DNA of 32,000 bases from Nostoc sp. PCC 7120 = FACHB-418 (GTDB lineage Bacteria; Cyanobacteriota; Cyanobacteriia; Cyanobacteriales; Nostocaceae), in NCBI RefSeq assembly GCF_000009705.1, contig NC_003272.1:4260001-4292000 (forward strand), in the 5' to 3' direction. This document shows, one piece after another, positions 18,741-27,153 of this stretch. The notes under the pieces are model-generated. The model was not told the DNA's origin. It searched no databases and was given only the letters and a program-made list of their open reading frames with translations. Both the position numbers and the translations under genes were made by a program. Within the stretch, counting starts at the first letter, position 1. The number at the start of each line of letters is the position of its first letter.

Positions 18741-19224
18741 TAGTTCCTAAAGTTCCTAAGCCCAATATTGACCACCAAAGAAAATCTCTAAAGGCTGAAT
18801 TAGAGTTATTGGTGGTTGTGACGGGAGCTTCAGAAGATGAGGCGACAGCTAGTTTATTCTGATTATCTATCAAGGCTGTTTGTAAAATTCTCTTAGTGGC
18901 TAGATCCGCCACCCCATCAACTCTACTAAACACCTTAGCTTGCTGAAATTTTGCTACAGCCTTTTTTGTACTGTCTCCGTATTTTCCATCAGCAATGCCA
19001 CTGTAATATCCTAACTGCTTTAATTGCGTTTGTAGTGTTTGCACATCCGGCCCTTGACTACCTGGCTTCAGAACAACTTGCCCAATCGTCGAAGTGGAAC
19101 TGACTTGTGCCACTTCTAATTTTTCAGGTGCGAAGTTGGTTGTAGCTGTACTGGCTTGAGTTGAGTAAAAACCCACACAAGAAAAACAGGTAAGTATGAA
19201 AATTGAGGGGTAGTTTAGCCTCAT
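18598..19224 (-). CDS. Peptidoglycan-binding-domain protein with signal peptide and TM segment. Overlaps the HEAT ORF by 143 nt.
   Basis: 208 aa. PG_binding_1-like LKPGSQGPDVQTLQTQLKQLGYYSGIADGKYGDSTKKAVAKFQ. TM segment LWWSILGLGTLGTIGAILYLL. The last 32 residues after the A7 tract look non-protein-like. Confidence 0.65.
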   Translation of the reverse strand: MRLNYPSIFILTCFSCVGFYSTQASTATTNFAPEKLEVAQVSSTSTIGQVVLKPGSQGPDVQTLQTQLKQLGYYSGIADGKYGDSTKKAVAKFQQAKVFSRVDGVADLATKRILQTALIDNQNKLAVASSSEAPVTTTNNSNSAFRDFLWWSILGLGTLGTIGAILYLLRRFDPKKTTEATQNSATKSFKCQSARSHCTSFTRVSTHI

Positions 19225-19462
19225 ATTAAAAGTTAGAGCCTGAATGTGTTTTTAAAGTTATCGGGGAATTGATAACCTAAATGTGTGTAAGTACTAATTT
19301 TTATTTTGACGCAAAAATCTAACCATAGTTGCTAGTAATATACCTTATTTTGTCTAATTATTTTATTTTTTCTTCTGATTCAGGTGATCCAAAAATTCAG
19401 ATTCTTCTGTCTTCACTTGCTCTGCAAACTCAGCGATTGATGATTTTTTATGGGCAAGTGTC

Positions 19463-20533
19463 TCAGGGTAGAGTTTCTGGCTCAGACTCTCTAACTTTTA
19501 CAGTTAAGGGATTGAGCTTTTTCGCAGTTGCTTCTGCGAGTATTGGCTGGGATTTTGCAGATATTTCCTCCATGACAGATTGTTTGTTCTGTCCTGCCAG
19601 GTTATCACGCTGATTTATGAGGTAGATGCTGATTAAAGTGAGGAATACTCCTACCCATTGCAAAGTACTGAGAACTTCGGAGAGTAAGAGATGACCGAAT
19701 AACAGGGCAAATATGGGAGTAAGGAAGGTGAGGGAACTGAGGCTGGTAAGACTACCACTAGAAGCGAAGTAGAAAAATAATCCGTAGGCGATCGCACTGC
19801 CAAAGACGGTAGCATAAGCTAAAGCCAGCCATTCCGAACCTACCAGGTTTTCCCATTGTTGAGATTCTACGACTGAGGAAATCCCCCACAATGGTAACCC
19901 ACCAATAATCATGTGCCAGCCTGTAGCCGTCACAGGGTCAACATAGCGGGTTACGAATCTAATTAATACCGTTCCCACTGCCATCGACAAAGCCGCTAAC
20001 AGCATTAACCATTCACCACTAGCAAACAGGTTTTGCCAGTTGCCAATTGTCACCTCTGCACCTGTACCTAGTAAACTGAAAATCCACTCATCAGGTAAGC
20101 CAATTAAACTAATTCCTGTGACTCCCAGACCTAATCCCAGCCATCCCCATAAACCAATCCGTTCTTGAAATAGCCACAGCGACAGCAACGCCACCGCTAA
20201 AGGTTGGGAGTCAATCATGACTGAACCTAACCCTGCACTGGTACGGACTAACCCTTCAGCTAAGAACCCTTGAAATAAGGTTCCATCCACTAGCCCAAAT
20301 AAGGAAATCCATAACCACGCTTGCCAACTATTGGGCTGGGGTCTACCTGACAGTGCGGCGGCAATTAAAATTAACACTCCCGCCGGTAGCAACCGCACTC
20401 CCGCCAAGAAAAACGGTGTGGTGTGGGGCATAACTCCTTTCATGGCTACCATTGCCGTCCCCCATAAAAAAAATGGAGCAATTAGCAGTAGAGGGGCTAT
20501 GGGAAATTTGGATGCACTGAGTTTCAGTTGCAT
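19463..20533 (-). CDS. DMT-superfamily (EamA-like) transporter
   Basis: 356 aa. About 10 hydrophobic helices in two similar halves. Hydrophilic C-terminal tail. Confidence 0.8.
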   Translation of the reverse strand: MQLKLSASKFPIAPLLLIAPFFLWGTAMVAMKGVMPHTTPFFLAGVRLLPAGVLILIAAALSGRPQPNSWQAWLWISLFGLVDGTLFQGFLAEGLVRTSAGLGSVMIDSQPLAVALLSLWLFQERIGLWGWLGLGLGVTGISLIGLPDEWIFSLLGTGAEVTIGNWQNLFASGEWLMLLAALSMAVGTVLIRFVTRYVDPVTATGWHMIIGGLPLWGISSVVESQQWENLVGSEWLALAYATVFGSAIAYGLFFYFASSGSLTSLSSLTFLTPIFALLFGHLLLSEVLSTLQWVGVFLTLISIYLINQRDNLAGQNKQSVMEEISAKSQPILAEATAKKLNPLTVKVRESEPETLP

Positions 20534-20737
20534 GGTGTTGGTGATGCCTTTGGTTTACAGATGCAGAGATTACTTTAACCAATTCTACCCAATTGTGTCT
20601 TTTTGTGAAGGAAATAATACTTAGGGATTTGGTCATGGGTAACAGGTAACAAGTAATTGGGAGAAGATTTTTAGCTATTACCTATGACCCATTACCTATT
20701 ACCATTTCCTGAATTGATCACCAGCAACGTAGCTTGT

Positions 20738-22390
20738 TTAGGAGAAATTAGGAAGTAAGTTTTTTTCCAAATGGGTGAGTAATTTCACACCAAATTCTGC
20801 TTCAAAGACTGCTTTTTTGTAGTCTAAACTCCAGAGTTCTAAGGCGCAATTATCATCGGGTCGAGATGGATAGATGAGCAAATTAAACTGCTGGAAGTGG
20901 TGATAATAATCACATTTGATTTGAGCGATCGCTCCAATTTGTCGCCGATCTAATGCTACTGCCAATCTTAACAGCGCACTTAATTGGCTCACGGCTTGCC
21001 GATGCTCTTTACTCAACAGGTTCCGGAAATTTTCATGCTTTTTCTTGGGTGGTGATTTGCGGTGATACCGGGCTAAATTGGCAATGATTTCGATCTCGGT
21101 TTCGTTGTAACCGAGTAGTTCACTATTGCGAATGAGATAGTAGGAATGTTTGTGGTGGGATGAATGGCTGACATGATGACCGCAGTTGTGTAAAATTGCC
21201 GCCGCCCAAAGTAATCGCCGTTCGTTGCTGCCCCAGTGGTGTAGTAGTCCTTGGGTTTGGTCAAATAAACTCAGGGCAAATGTAGCTACGCGATCGCTAT
21301 ACTCTAAGTTAACTTGATACTTACTTGCTTGTTTAAGGACACTACGCTGGCGAATCGAACTTTGAAACCGCAATCTGTCTTCAATTAAGCCGTGGCTTAA
21401 CATCCAGTCAACAATTACCCCTTCCCGTAGTGCGCGACCACAAGCGGTTAATGACTCCACACCCAACAGGGTCATGGCTTCTTGTAAGATGACAGCGCCG
21501 GCGAGTATGACTTCAGAGCGTTTTTCGGGCATTCCGGGGATAGCGGCTCTTTCGGCATTTGTCATTCTCCGCAGGCGATTTACCCACTCTCGCAAGTCTT
21601 TGAGAGTGAATTGATAGCCGTTGAGGGTAGAAGGGACTGTACCAGATTTTTCCCGCGCATGAATCATAGCGATGGTTTCAATAGTGCCAGAAGTGCCAAT
21701 TAAACGGGGAGATTCGCCAAAATTCAGGTTAGCTAGCACTTCCTCTACAGAACGTTCTAACATTCCCCTGGCATAGGCTTGCAGGTATTGAAACTCAATA
21801 TTGCTGATGGGATCTGTGGTGATTAACTCGCTCGTGAGTCGTACCGCACCAACTTTGGTGCTGGTGAGGGTGCGAGGTTCTTGAGTATCACCTAAAATCA
21901 ACTCCGTAGAACCACCACCAATATCAATAATCAGGTGCGGTTGGTTATGAAATTCCATCCCCGACAAAACACCAAGGTAAATGCGTCGTGCTTCTTCTTG
22001 ACCAGAAATCAAGTCAACGCTTAAACCCAATTCCGTTTCTATCTGGTGTAAAAAATCTTTACCATTGGGCGCTTCCCGCACCGCACTAGTCGCCACAGCA
22101 ATTAATGTTTCCGCGTTGGCAGTTTTGGCAACTTCTTGAAAGCGCTTCAACGTAGCGATCGCTTTTGCCATGACCTCTGGTTTTAACTCCCCAGTGGCAA
22201 TATTGCGATCGCCCAGTCGCACGGTTTCTTTTTCTCTGGAAACAATGCTAAAAGCTGGTAGTGTCGGGTCAATCTTTACCACTACCATGTGCAGAGAATT
22301 GGTTCCCATGTCAATGGCAGCAATAATCCGGTGTTGCTGAACTGGTTGAGTGCTGACACTCTCCCAGCTAGATGAAACTAAATTCACCAT
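20738..22390 (-). CDS. ppx: Exopolyphosphatase / guanosine pentaphosphate phosphohydrolase (Ppx/GppA) with a C-terminal HD domain
   Basis: 550 aa. ASKHA-fold motifs IAAIDMGTNSLHMVV and IIDIGGGSTELI. HD region LHNCGHHVSHSSHHKHSYYLI. Confidence 0.9.
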   Translation of the reverse strand: MVNLVSSSWESVSTQPVQQHRIIAAIDMGTNSLHMVVVKIDPTLPAFSIVSREKETVRLGDRNIATGELKPEVMAKAIATLKRFQEVAKTANAETLIAVATSAVREAPNGKDFLHQIETELGLSVDLISGQEEARRIYLGVLSGMEFHNQPHLIIDIGGGSTELILGDTQEPRTLTSTKVGAVRLTSELITTDPISNIEFQYLQAYARGMLERSVEEVLANLNFGESPRLIGTSGTIETIAMIHAREKSGTVPSTLNGYQFTLKDLREWVNRLRRMTNAERAAIPGMPEKRSEVILAGAVILQEAMTLLGVESLTACGRALREGVIVDWMLSHGLIEDRLRFQSSIRQRSVLKQASKYQVNLEYSDRVATFALSLFDQTQGLLHHWGSNERRLLWAAAILHNCGHHVSHSSHHKHSYYLIRNSELLGYNETEIEIIANLARYHRKSPPKKKHENFRNLLSKEHRQAVSQLSALLRLAVALDRRQIGAIAQIKCDYYHHFQQFNLLIYPSRPDDNCALELWSLDYKKAVFEAEFGVKLLTHLEKNLLPNFS

Positions 22391-22539
22391 CTAGTCTTCT
22401 CTCTGTATTCAGGATGGATGGTAATGAATGATGTGTCGGGGTAGTTGGCACTGATATTATGTTGCAACACACTTAATTCTCAGGTTGAGCGTAGTTGGAA
22501 CTACCTGAACTTAAGTATATTCACCCTGCTGCTGACAAG

Positions 22540-22581
22540 TTCAGTGACTATTTAACTAAATTTAGTTAAATAGTCACTGAA
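22540..22581. repeat. 42-bp perfect palindrome in the ppx/ubiA divergent intergenic region
   Basis: ttcagtgactatttaactaaa | tttagttaaatagtcactgaa. The arms are exact reverse complements with no spacer. Confidence 0.95.
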
Positions 22582-22641
22582 GATTATGTCTTTACAAATA
22601 TCAAATAACGCTATTCTATAGATGTAAAGATGTGTGAAGTA

Positions 22642-22671
22642 GGGACTGGGGACTGGGGATTAGGAACTGGG
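22642..22671. repeat. STRR1-type heptamers (GGGACTG / GGGGATT)
   Basis: gggactggggactggggattaggaactggg. Inverted relative to the 22713-22782 block. Confidence 0.8.
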
Positions 22672-22712
22672 AAGAGTAGAAAGAAACAGGATAGTCATAG
22701 GTAATCTACATC

Positions 22713-22782
22713 GATCCCCAATACCCAATACCCAATACCCAATACCCAATCCCCGATCCCCAGTACCCGATCCCCAATCCCC
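22713..22782. repeat. STRR1-type heptamer array (CCCAATA / CCCCGAT, ~10 units) abutting the ubiA ATG
   Basis: gatcccca atacccaatacccaatacccaataccc aatccccgatccccagtacccgatccccaatcccc, followed directly by ATG 22783. Confidence 0.85.
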
Positions 22783-23655
22783 ATGCTAGAAACTCACCAA
22801 GAACCCATTTGGCTGACAATTTTCCGTCTTTTGCGGTGGCACAAACCAGAAGGACGATTAATTTTGATGATTCCGGCACTTTGGGCTGTGTTTTTGGCGG
22901 CGGCTGGTAAACCCCCTTTGCCTTTGGTGGGGGTAATTGTTTTGGGTACTCTAGCTACCAGTGCGGCTGGATGCGTGGTTAATGATTTGTGGGATCGGGA
23001 TATTGATCCAGAAGTGGAGAGAACGCGCGATCGCCCTTTAGCAGCTCGGACTCTTTCTATAAAAGTTGGTATTGCAGTTGGTATTATAGCGTTATTTTGT
23101 GCGGCAATTCTCGCCTATTACCTGAACTCCTTGAGCTTTTGGTTATCTGTGGCTGCTGTGCCTGTAATTTTGCTTTATCCGGGTGCAAAGCGAGTGTTTC
23201 CTGTCCCGCAGTTGGTTTTGTCCATTGCTTGGGGTTTTGCGGTGTTAATTAGCTGGAGTGCAGTAACACAAAACATTTCTCAAGCAACTTGGTTACTGTG
23301 GGGGGCAACCTTACTCTGGACATTGGGATTTGATACAGTTTACGCCATGAGCGATCGCGAAGATGATCAACGAATTGGGGTTAATTCCAGTGCCTTATTT
23401 TTTGGTGATTATGCTCCTTTAGCTATTGGCATTTTCTTTTTAGGCACAATTATTTGCCTAACTTGGTTGGGTGTTGCCATCCACCTACATCTAGCATTCT
23501 GGATTACCTTAGGAATCGCTTCAGTTGGTTGGATTTGGCAGGTTTTACGTTTAAGACAGCCACAATTGCCCAATCCTGCTTATGGTGAGATGTTCCGGCA
23601 AAATGTCTGGATTGGTTTTATTGTACTGGCTGGGATGATATTCGGTTCTTTGTAA
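22783..23655 (+). CDS. ubiA: UbiA-family 4-hydroxybenzoate polyprenyl(solanesyl)transferase (plastoquinone pathway in cyanobacteria)
   Basis: 290 aa and polytopic. First Asp-rich motif NDLWDRDID. Second motif YAMSDREDD. Confidence 0.88.
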   Translation: MLETHQEPIWLTIFRLLRWHKPEGRLILMIPALWAVFLAAAGKPPLPLVGVIVLGTLATSAAGCVVNDLWDRDIDPEVERTRDRPLAARTLSIKVGIAVGIIALFCAAILAYYLNSLSFWLSVAAVPVILLYPGAKRVFPVPQLVLSIAWGFAVLISWSAVTQNISQATWLLWGATLLWTLGFDTVYAMSDREDDQRIGVNSSALFFGDYAPLAIGIFFLGTIICLTWLGVAIHLHLAFWITLGIASVGWIWQVLRLRQPQLPNPAYGEMFRQNVWIGFIVLAGMIFGSL

Positions 23656-23765
23656 GGAAGGGTATAGGGGTGTAAGGGTGTAAGGGGTTTAAAAATTGAC
23701 ATCCTCACTTACACCTTATACCAATCTCTTATTGCGAAAATAACAGGGTAAAAGGCTGATTATTT

Positions 23766-23789
23766 CGTAGGATGGGCATTACCCACCAC
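23766..23789 (+). repeat. Small dispersed palindromic repeat (SDR-like), left copy
   Basis: cgtaggatgggcattacccaccac. Matches the reverse complement of 25108-25131 at 21 of 24 positions. Confidence 0.7.
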
Positions 23790-23885
23790 TGGCTGATTGA
23801 GAAGCTGCAAGATGTTAGCCTATACCCTTGTCCAAACCCTTGATTTTTCATTTTCATACGTAAGTCCTAATAACTTCACACTCAG

Positions 23886-23918
23886 AAGGACAAAGCAATG
23901 CTGTGTCCTTATTTTTTT
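23886..23918 (+). terminator. Rho-independent terminator-like hairpin + T7
   Basis: aaggaca (23886-23892), 11-nt loop, tgtcctt (23904-23910), then attttttt. It lies 230 nt downstream of the ubiA stop. Confidence 0.6.
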
Positions 23919-24081
23919 ACGTATTCCTACTGAATAATCTTTACCTGAATTTTATAAAAAAGCAGTATTTTCCGTACTTTTAAAAAGTTTTTATCAAAAT
24001 ATCTGCGATCGCCTCCGAAATATTACGAATATAGTTTAGTAGTTGGGTATATAGCTATAGAAGTTAGACTCACCCAACTCT

Positions 24082-24684
24082 ATGAAGCGATCACTTACAT
24101 TGGGTCAGAACCCATCGCACCTAGTCAAAATCACGATGATAGTTTTATTGTCTCTTGGCAGCGTTGGTGTTGTTGGGGGAAGTTTCTTTATAAGAAAAGC
24201 TTTTATCACTACTAGCCAGTCGGAAATAGTCACAGATACATCACGCTACAAAGAAATACGTCATCAACTTTGGTCTAGTCAGGACGACATTAAACACTTT
24301 CCCTCAGAAATACCGGCTGGAGTCAAAAATGAGCGCCTAGCCTATGCTCCAGGAAGTTCACAAACTGGTAGCTACTTCCAAGTAAGGCTGAAAAAGTCAC
24401 CAGAACAGATTCAACAGTTACTCGACCAGTACCGCAAACTGGCTAAACATCAATATAGAGGTGGTGACACAAACATTCACGCCAATTTACCCAATGGTGT
24501 ACCAACTACGTTTTTCTATACCAGTGAATCTGCTGCCGAGTCTTTCCCACCTTCCTATGAAATACTTGTTTTAAATGCAAAGGATAAAGGTAGGCCTGGT
24601 TTTAAGTGGAATCACGGTGATAGCTATGGCGTGGCTATTGATAGTTCTGCTTCAGAAATTATTTATTGGGCTGAAAAATGGTAA
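24082..24684 (+). CDS. Hypothetical membrane-anchored protein (orphan, in an AT-rich segment)
   Basis: 200-aa ORF. One TM segment (ITMIVLLSLGSVGVVGGSFFI). No SD sequence and no recognised domain. Confidence 0.5.
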   Translation: MKRSLTLGQNPSHLVKITMIVLLSLGSVGVVGGSFFIRKAFITTSQSEIVTDTSRYKEIRHQLWSSQDDIKHFPSEIPAGVKNERLAYAPGSSQTGSYFQVRLKKSPEQIQQLLDQYRKLAKHQYRGGDTNIHANLPNGVPTTFFYTSESAAESFPPSYEILVLNAKDKGRPGFKWNHGDSYGVAIDSSASEIIYWAEKW

Positions 24685-24708
24685 TTGGTAATTTAATTTC
24701 TCCATTGG

Positions 24709-24921
24709 CTAATCATGGAAATTATTTGGGTTTAAATCAACAGGAAAAACAAAAAATTCTTTGTTTGCTTCAATTAGTGTTTTGTGATGAAGGTCAATTG
24801 CCTTTGATAAATTGCAATACTTAATCGGTACCCAGATTCCGTCGCTGAGAAAATATATGACAACCCGATGATTTAGGTATTGATCCAACGGAAGTGGAAT
24901 TTGCCAGTTTGAATTCAACAT
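24709..24921 (-). CDS. Small hypothetical protein (weak call)
   Basis: 70-aa ORF convergent with the 24082-24684 ORF. AT-rich. No motif. Confidence 0.3.
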   Translation of the reverse strand: MLNSNWQIPLPLDQYLNHRVVIYFLSDGIWVPIKYCNLSKAIDLHHKTLIEANKEFFVFPVDLNPNNFHD

Positions 24922-25107
24922 CTAATTCTTAAGGATGATATAACACATGATTTGTTTTATTCTTCCTCATACTATTGGCATAAAGCTAATGTTTTAGACT
25001 ATCTGTAGTTAGGTTACTTAATATGACAAAAGTTAGAAGTTTATTTGATTAGGTTAAATATTTAGTGGTTATCTATAATCTGCAAATCATGATAAAAGAC
25101 TAATTTT

Positions 25108-25131
25108 GTGGTGGGCATTGCCCACCCTACG
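25108..25131 (-). repeat. Small dispersed palindromic repeat (SDR-like), right copy, inverted
   Basis: gtggtgggcattgcccaccctacg. Core GTGGGCATTGCCCAC is itself palindromic. Confidence 0.7.
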
Positions 25132-25424
25132 ACTACGACGATAAAAAATAATGATAAAAGTTTGGTGTAAAGTCTTCAGTAAACAAGTTGATGGAATAAC
25201 TCCAGAAAAAACACTGTGACGATTCAAAAACTTGATGGAAGTGCAGTTATATATTTTATTGGCACAAATTTCACTAGAATTACTTTCTATGGTTCGCTGA
25301 GTCTTGACAACAATCAGCGACAATAGCAAAAGCCAAGAAAATAGTGTTTGTAGTCAGCACTTGAGTGCTGAGATAAATTAGAAATAAAGTGCCGACCACA
25401 AACTAAAATACTTCTAGAATATTA

Positions 25425-27068
25425 CTAAACAGAACAACTTAACTCACCAGCTTTTTGTGTAAAGCGGCGATTTTCTCGGTAATCTACAGGACAATCAATC
25501 ACAGCTGGTACATCTTGCGCTAAGGCTTCTTTGAGTACGGGAATTAAATCTAAAGCTGATTCAACTCTGTAACCTTTTAAGCCCATACTTTCGGCTAATT
25601 TGACAAAATCTGGATTGCCGAAATGTACAAAAGATGATTGTCCTTTACCAAATTGATTTTCTTGTTTCCATTCAATTAAACCGTAGCCGCCATCATTGAA
25701 AATTAAGGTGACGAATGGTGTACCAACTCGTAGGGCTGTTTCTAATTCTTGGCAATTCATCATAAAGCCACCGTCACCAGTAGCGGCGACAACTTTACGG
25801 TTAGGATAAACGAGTTTTGCAGCCAAAGCACCAGGAATAGCAATACCCATTGCGGCAAAGCCATTAGAAATAATACAGGTATTAGGGCTGTGGCAATGAT
25901 AATGACGGGCTATCCACATTTTATGAGCGCCGACATCGGAAATTACGATATCATCGGGCCCCATTACTTGCCGTAAGTCATAGATCAACTTTTGTGGCTT
26001 AATCGGATAACCATCATCATTGGCATATTGTTCGTAATCTTCCCGAATATTGCCTCTTAAGCTGATAGCATAAGGATTAGGTTTGCCTTGTCTATCTGCT
26101 ACTTTTAATATTTCTACTAGAGAATCAGAAATATCACCAATAACGGATACATTAGGGATATAGCTACTGTCAATTTCCGCCGAATCTGCACCAATATGGA
26201 CAATAGGAATTTTGCCTTCTGGGTTCCATTTTTTGGGTGAAAATTCGATCAAATCATAACCAATAGCAATTACTAAATCTGTATTATCAAAACCGCAGGT
26301 AATGAAATCTCTTTGTTGCAATCCTACTGACCATAAGGCTAAGGGATGAGTGTAAGGAATCACACCTTTACCCATGAAAGTATTAGCAACAGGGATATTC
26401 ATTTGGGTAGCAAATTGGGTGACGGCATCACTAGCTTTAGCCCTAATTGCACCATTTCCCACTAAGATTAAGGGATTAACAGCTTGAGAAATAGCGGCGG
26501 CGGCGGCACGAATACTGGCGAAAGATGCGTATGTTTTCTCGATATTGTCTTTCTGCAAAGGTTTGCCCTCTACGGGCATAGCGGCAATATTTTCTGGTAA
26601 ATCTATGTGAACTGCCCCTGGTTTTTCGCTTTGCGATCGCTTGAAGGCTTTACGCACTACTTCGGGTGTAATACTCGGTCGGACAATCTGTTTATTCCAC
26701 TTAGTTACAGGAGCAAACATCGCCACTAAATCTAGATATTGATGGGATTCGATGTGCATTCTATCGGTTCCCACTTGTCCAGTAATCGCCACCAAAGGCG
26801 CACCATCCAGGTTGGCATCAGCCACCCCAGTCATGAGATTTGTCGCCCCCGGCCCCAAGGTGGAAAGACATACGCCGGCTTTTCCTGTCAACCGTCCGTA
26901 AACATCTGCCATGAAAGCTGCACCTTGTTCATGACGGGTTGTAATAAATTGAATAGAGGAATGTTTAAGCGCTTCTAAAACGTGTAAGTTTTCTTCGCCT
27001 GGAAGTCCAAAAACATATTGTACCCCTTCATTTTCTAAACACTGTACTAACAGTTCTGCTGTATTCAT
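25425..27068 (-). CDS. Thiamine-diphosphate enzyme of the acetolactate-synthase family; most likely 2-oxoglutarate decarboxylase (2-OGDC)
   Basis: 547 aa. ALS-like N-terminus (NTAELLVQCLENEGVQYVFGLPGEE). ThDP/Mg motif GDGGFMMNCQELETALR...NDGGYG. Immediately downstream of an SSADH gene on the same strand, as in the Synechococcus PCC 7002 A2770/A2771 pair. Confidence 0.8.
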   Translation of the reverse strand: MNTAELLVQCLENEGVQYVFGLPGEENLHVLEALKHSSIQFITTRHEQGAAFMADVYGRLTGKAGVCLSTLGPGATNLMTGVADANLDGAPLVAITGQVGTDRMHIESHQYLDLVAMFAPVTKWNKQIVRPSITPEVVRKAFKRSQSEKPGAVHIDLPENIAAMPVEGKPLQKDNIEKTYASFASIRAAAAAISQAVNPLILVGNGAIRAKASDAVTQFATQMNIPVANTFMGKGVIPYTHPLALWSVGLQQRDFITCGFDNTDLVIAIGYDLIEFSPKKWNPEGKIPIVHIGADSAEIDSSYIPNVSVIGDISDSLVEILKVADRQGKPNPYAISLRGNIREDYEQYANDDGYPIKPQKLIYDLRQVMGPDDIVISDVGAHKMWIARHYHCHSPNTCIISNGFAAMGIAIPGALAAKLVYPNRKVVAATGDGGFMMNCQELETALRVGTPFVTLIFNDGGYGLIEWKQENQFGKGQSSFVHFGNPDFVKLAESMGLKGYRVESALDLIPVLKEALAQDVPAVIDCPVDYRENRRFTQKAGELSCSV

Positions 27069-27153
27069 TTTGAATTAATTCCTTATTTGCGAAAGAGTCA
27101 ATAGTCAGTTGTCAGTAGCAAAGAATAAACAACTAACAACTGACAAAAACAAC

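Noticed and set aside
19329-19613. 94-aa plus-strand ORF (TTG start)
   Set aside because: It overlaps the 3' end of the DMT transporter gene in antisense and has an AT-rich start region. No motif. Likely spurious.
22491-22504. Exact NtcA-type consensus GTA-N8-TAC (GTAGTTGGAACTAC) in the ppx/ubiA intergenic region
   Set aside because: No TAN3T -10 box lies at the canonical ~22-nt distance on either strand (TATATT is only 11 nt away on the plus strand, and nothing suitable is on the minus strand). The motif is short enough to occur by chance. Kept only as a note.
23773-23844. 23-codon ORF MGITHHWLIEKLQDVSLYPCPNP starting inside the left SDR-like repeat
   Set aside because: The start codon and first codons are supplied by a dispersed palindromic repeat. 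There is no RBS. Almost certainly fortuitous.
25087-25329. 80-aa minus-strand ORF downstream of the 2-OGDC gene
   Set aside because: It spans the SDR-like palindromic repeat and AT-rich non-coding-looking sequence. No RBS or motif.
25346-25403. Nested inverted repeats (GTTTGTAGTC...GACCACAAAC enclosing TCAGCACT-TG-AGTGCTGA) ~25-80 nt downstream of the 2-OGDC stop
   Set aside because: This could be a terminator for the SSADH/2-OGDC transcript, but no U tract follows it on the minus strand. The GAGTGCTGAG motif also appears at ~1593, suggesting a generic dispersed repeat. Evidence is too weak to call a feature.
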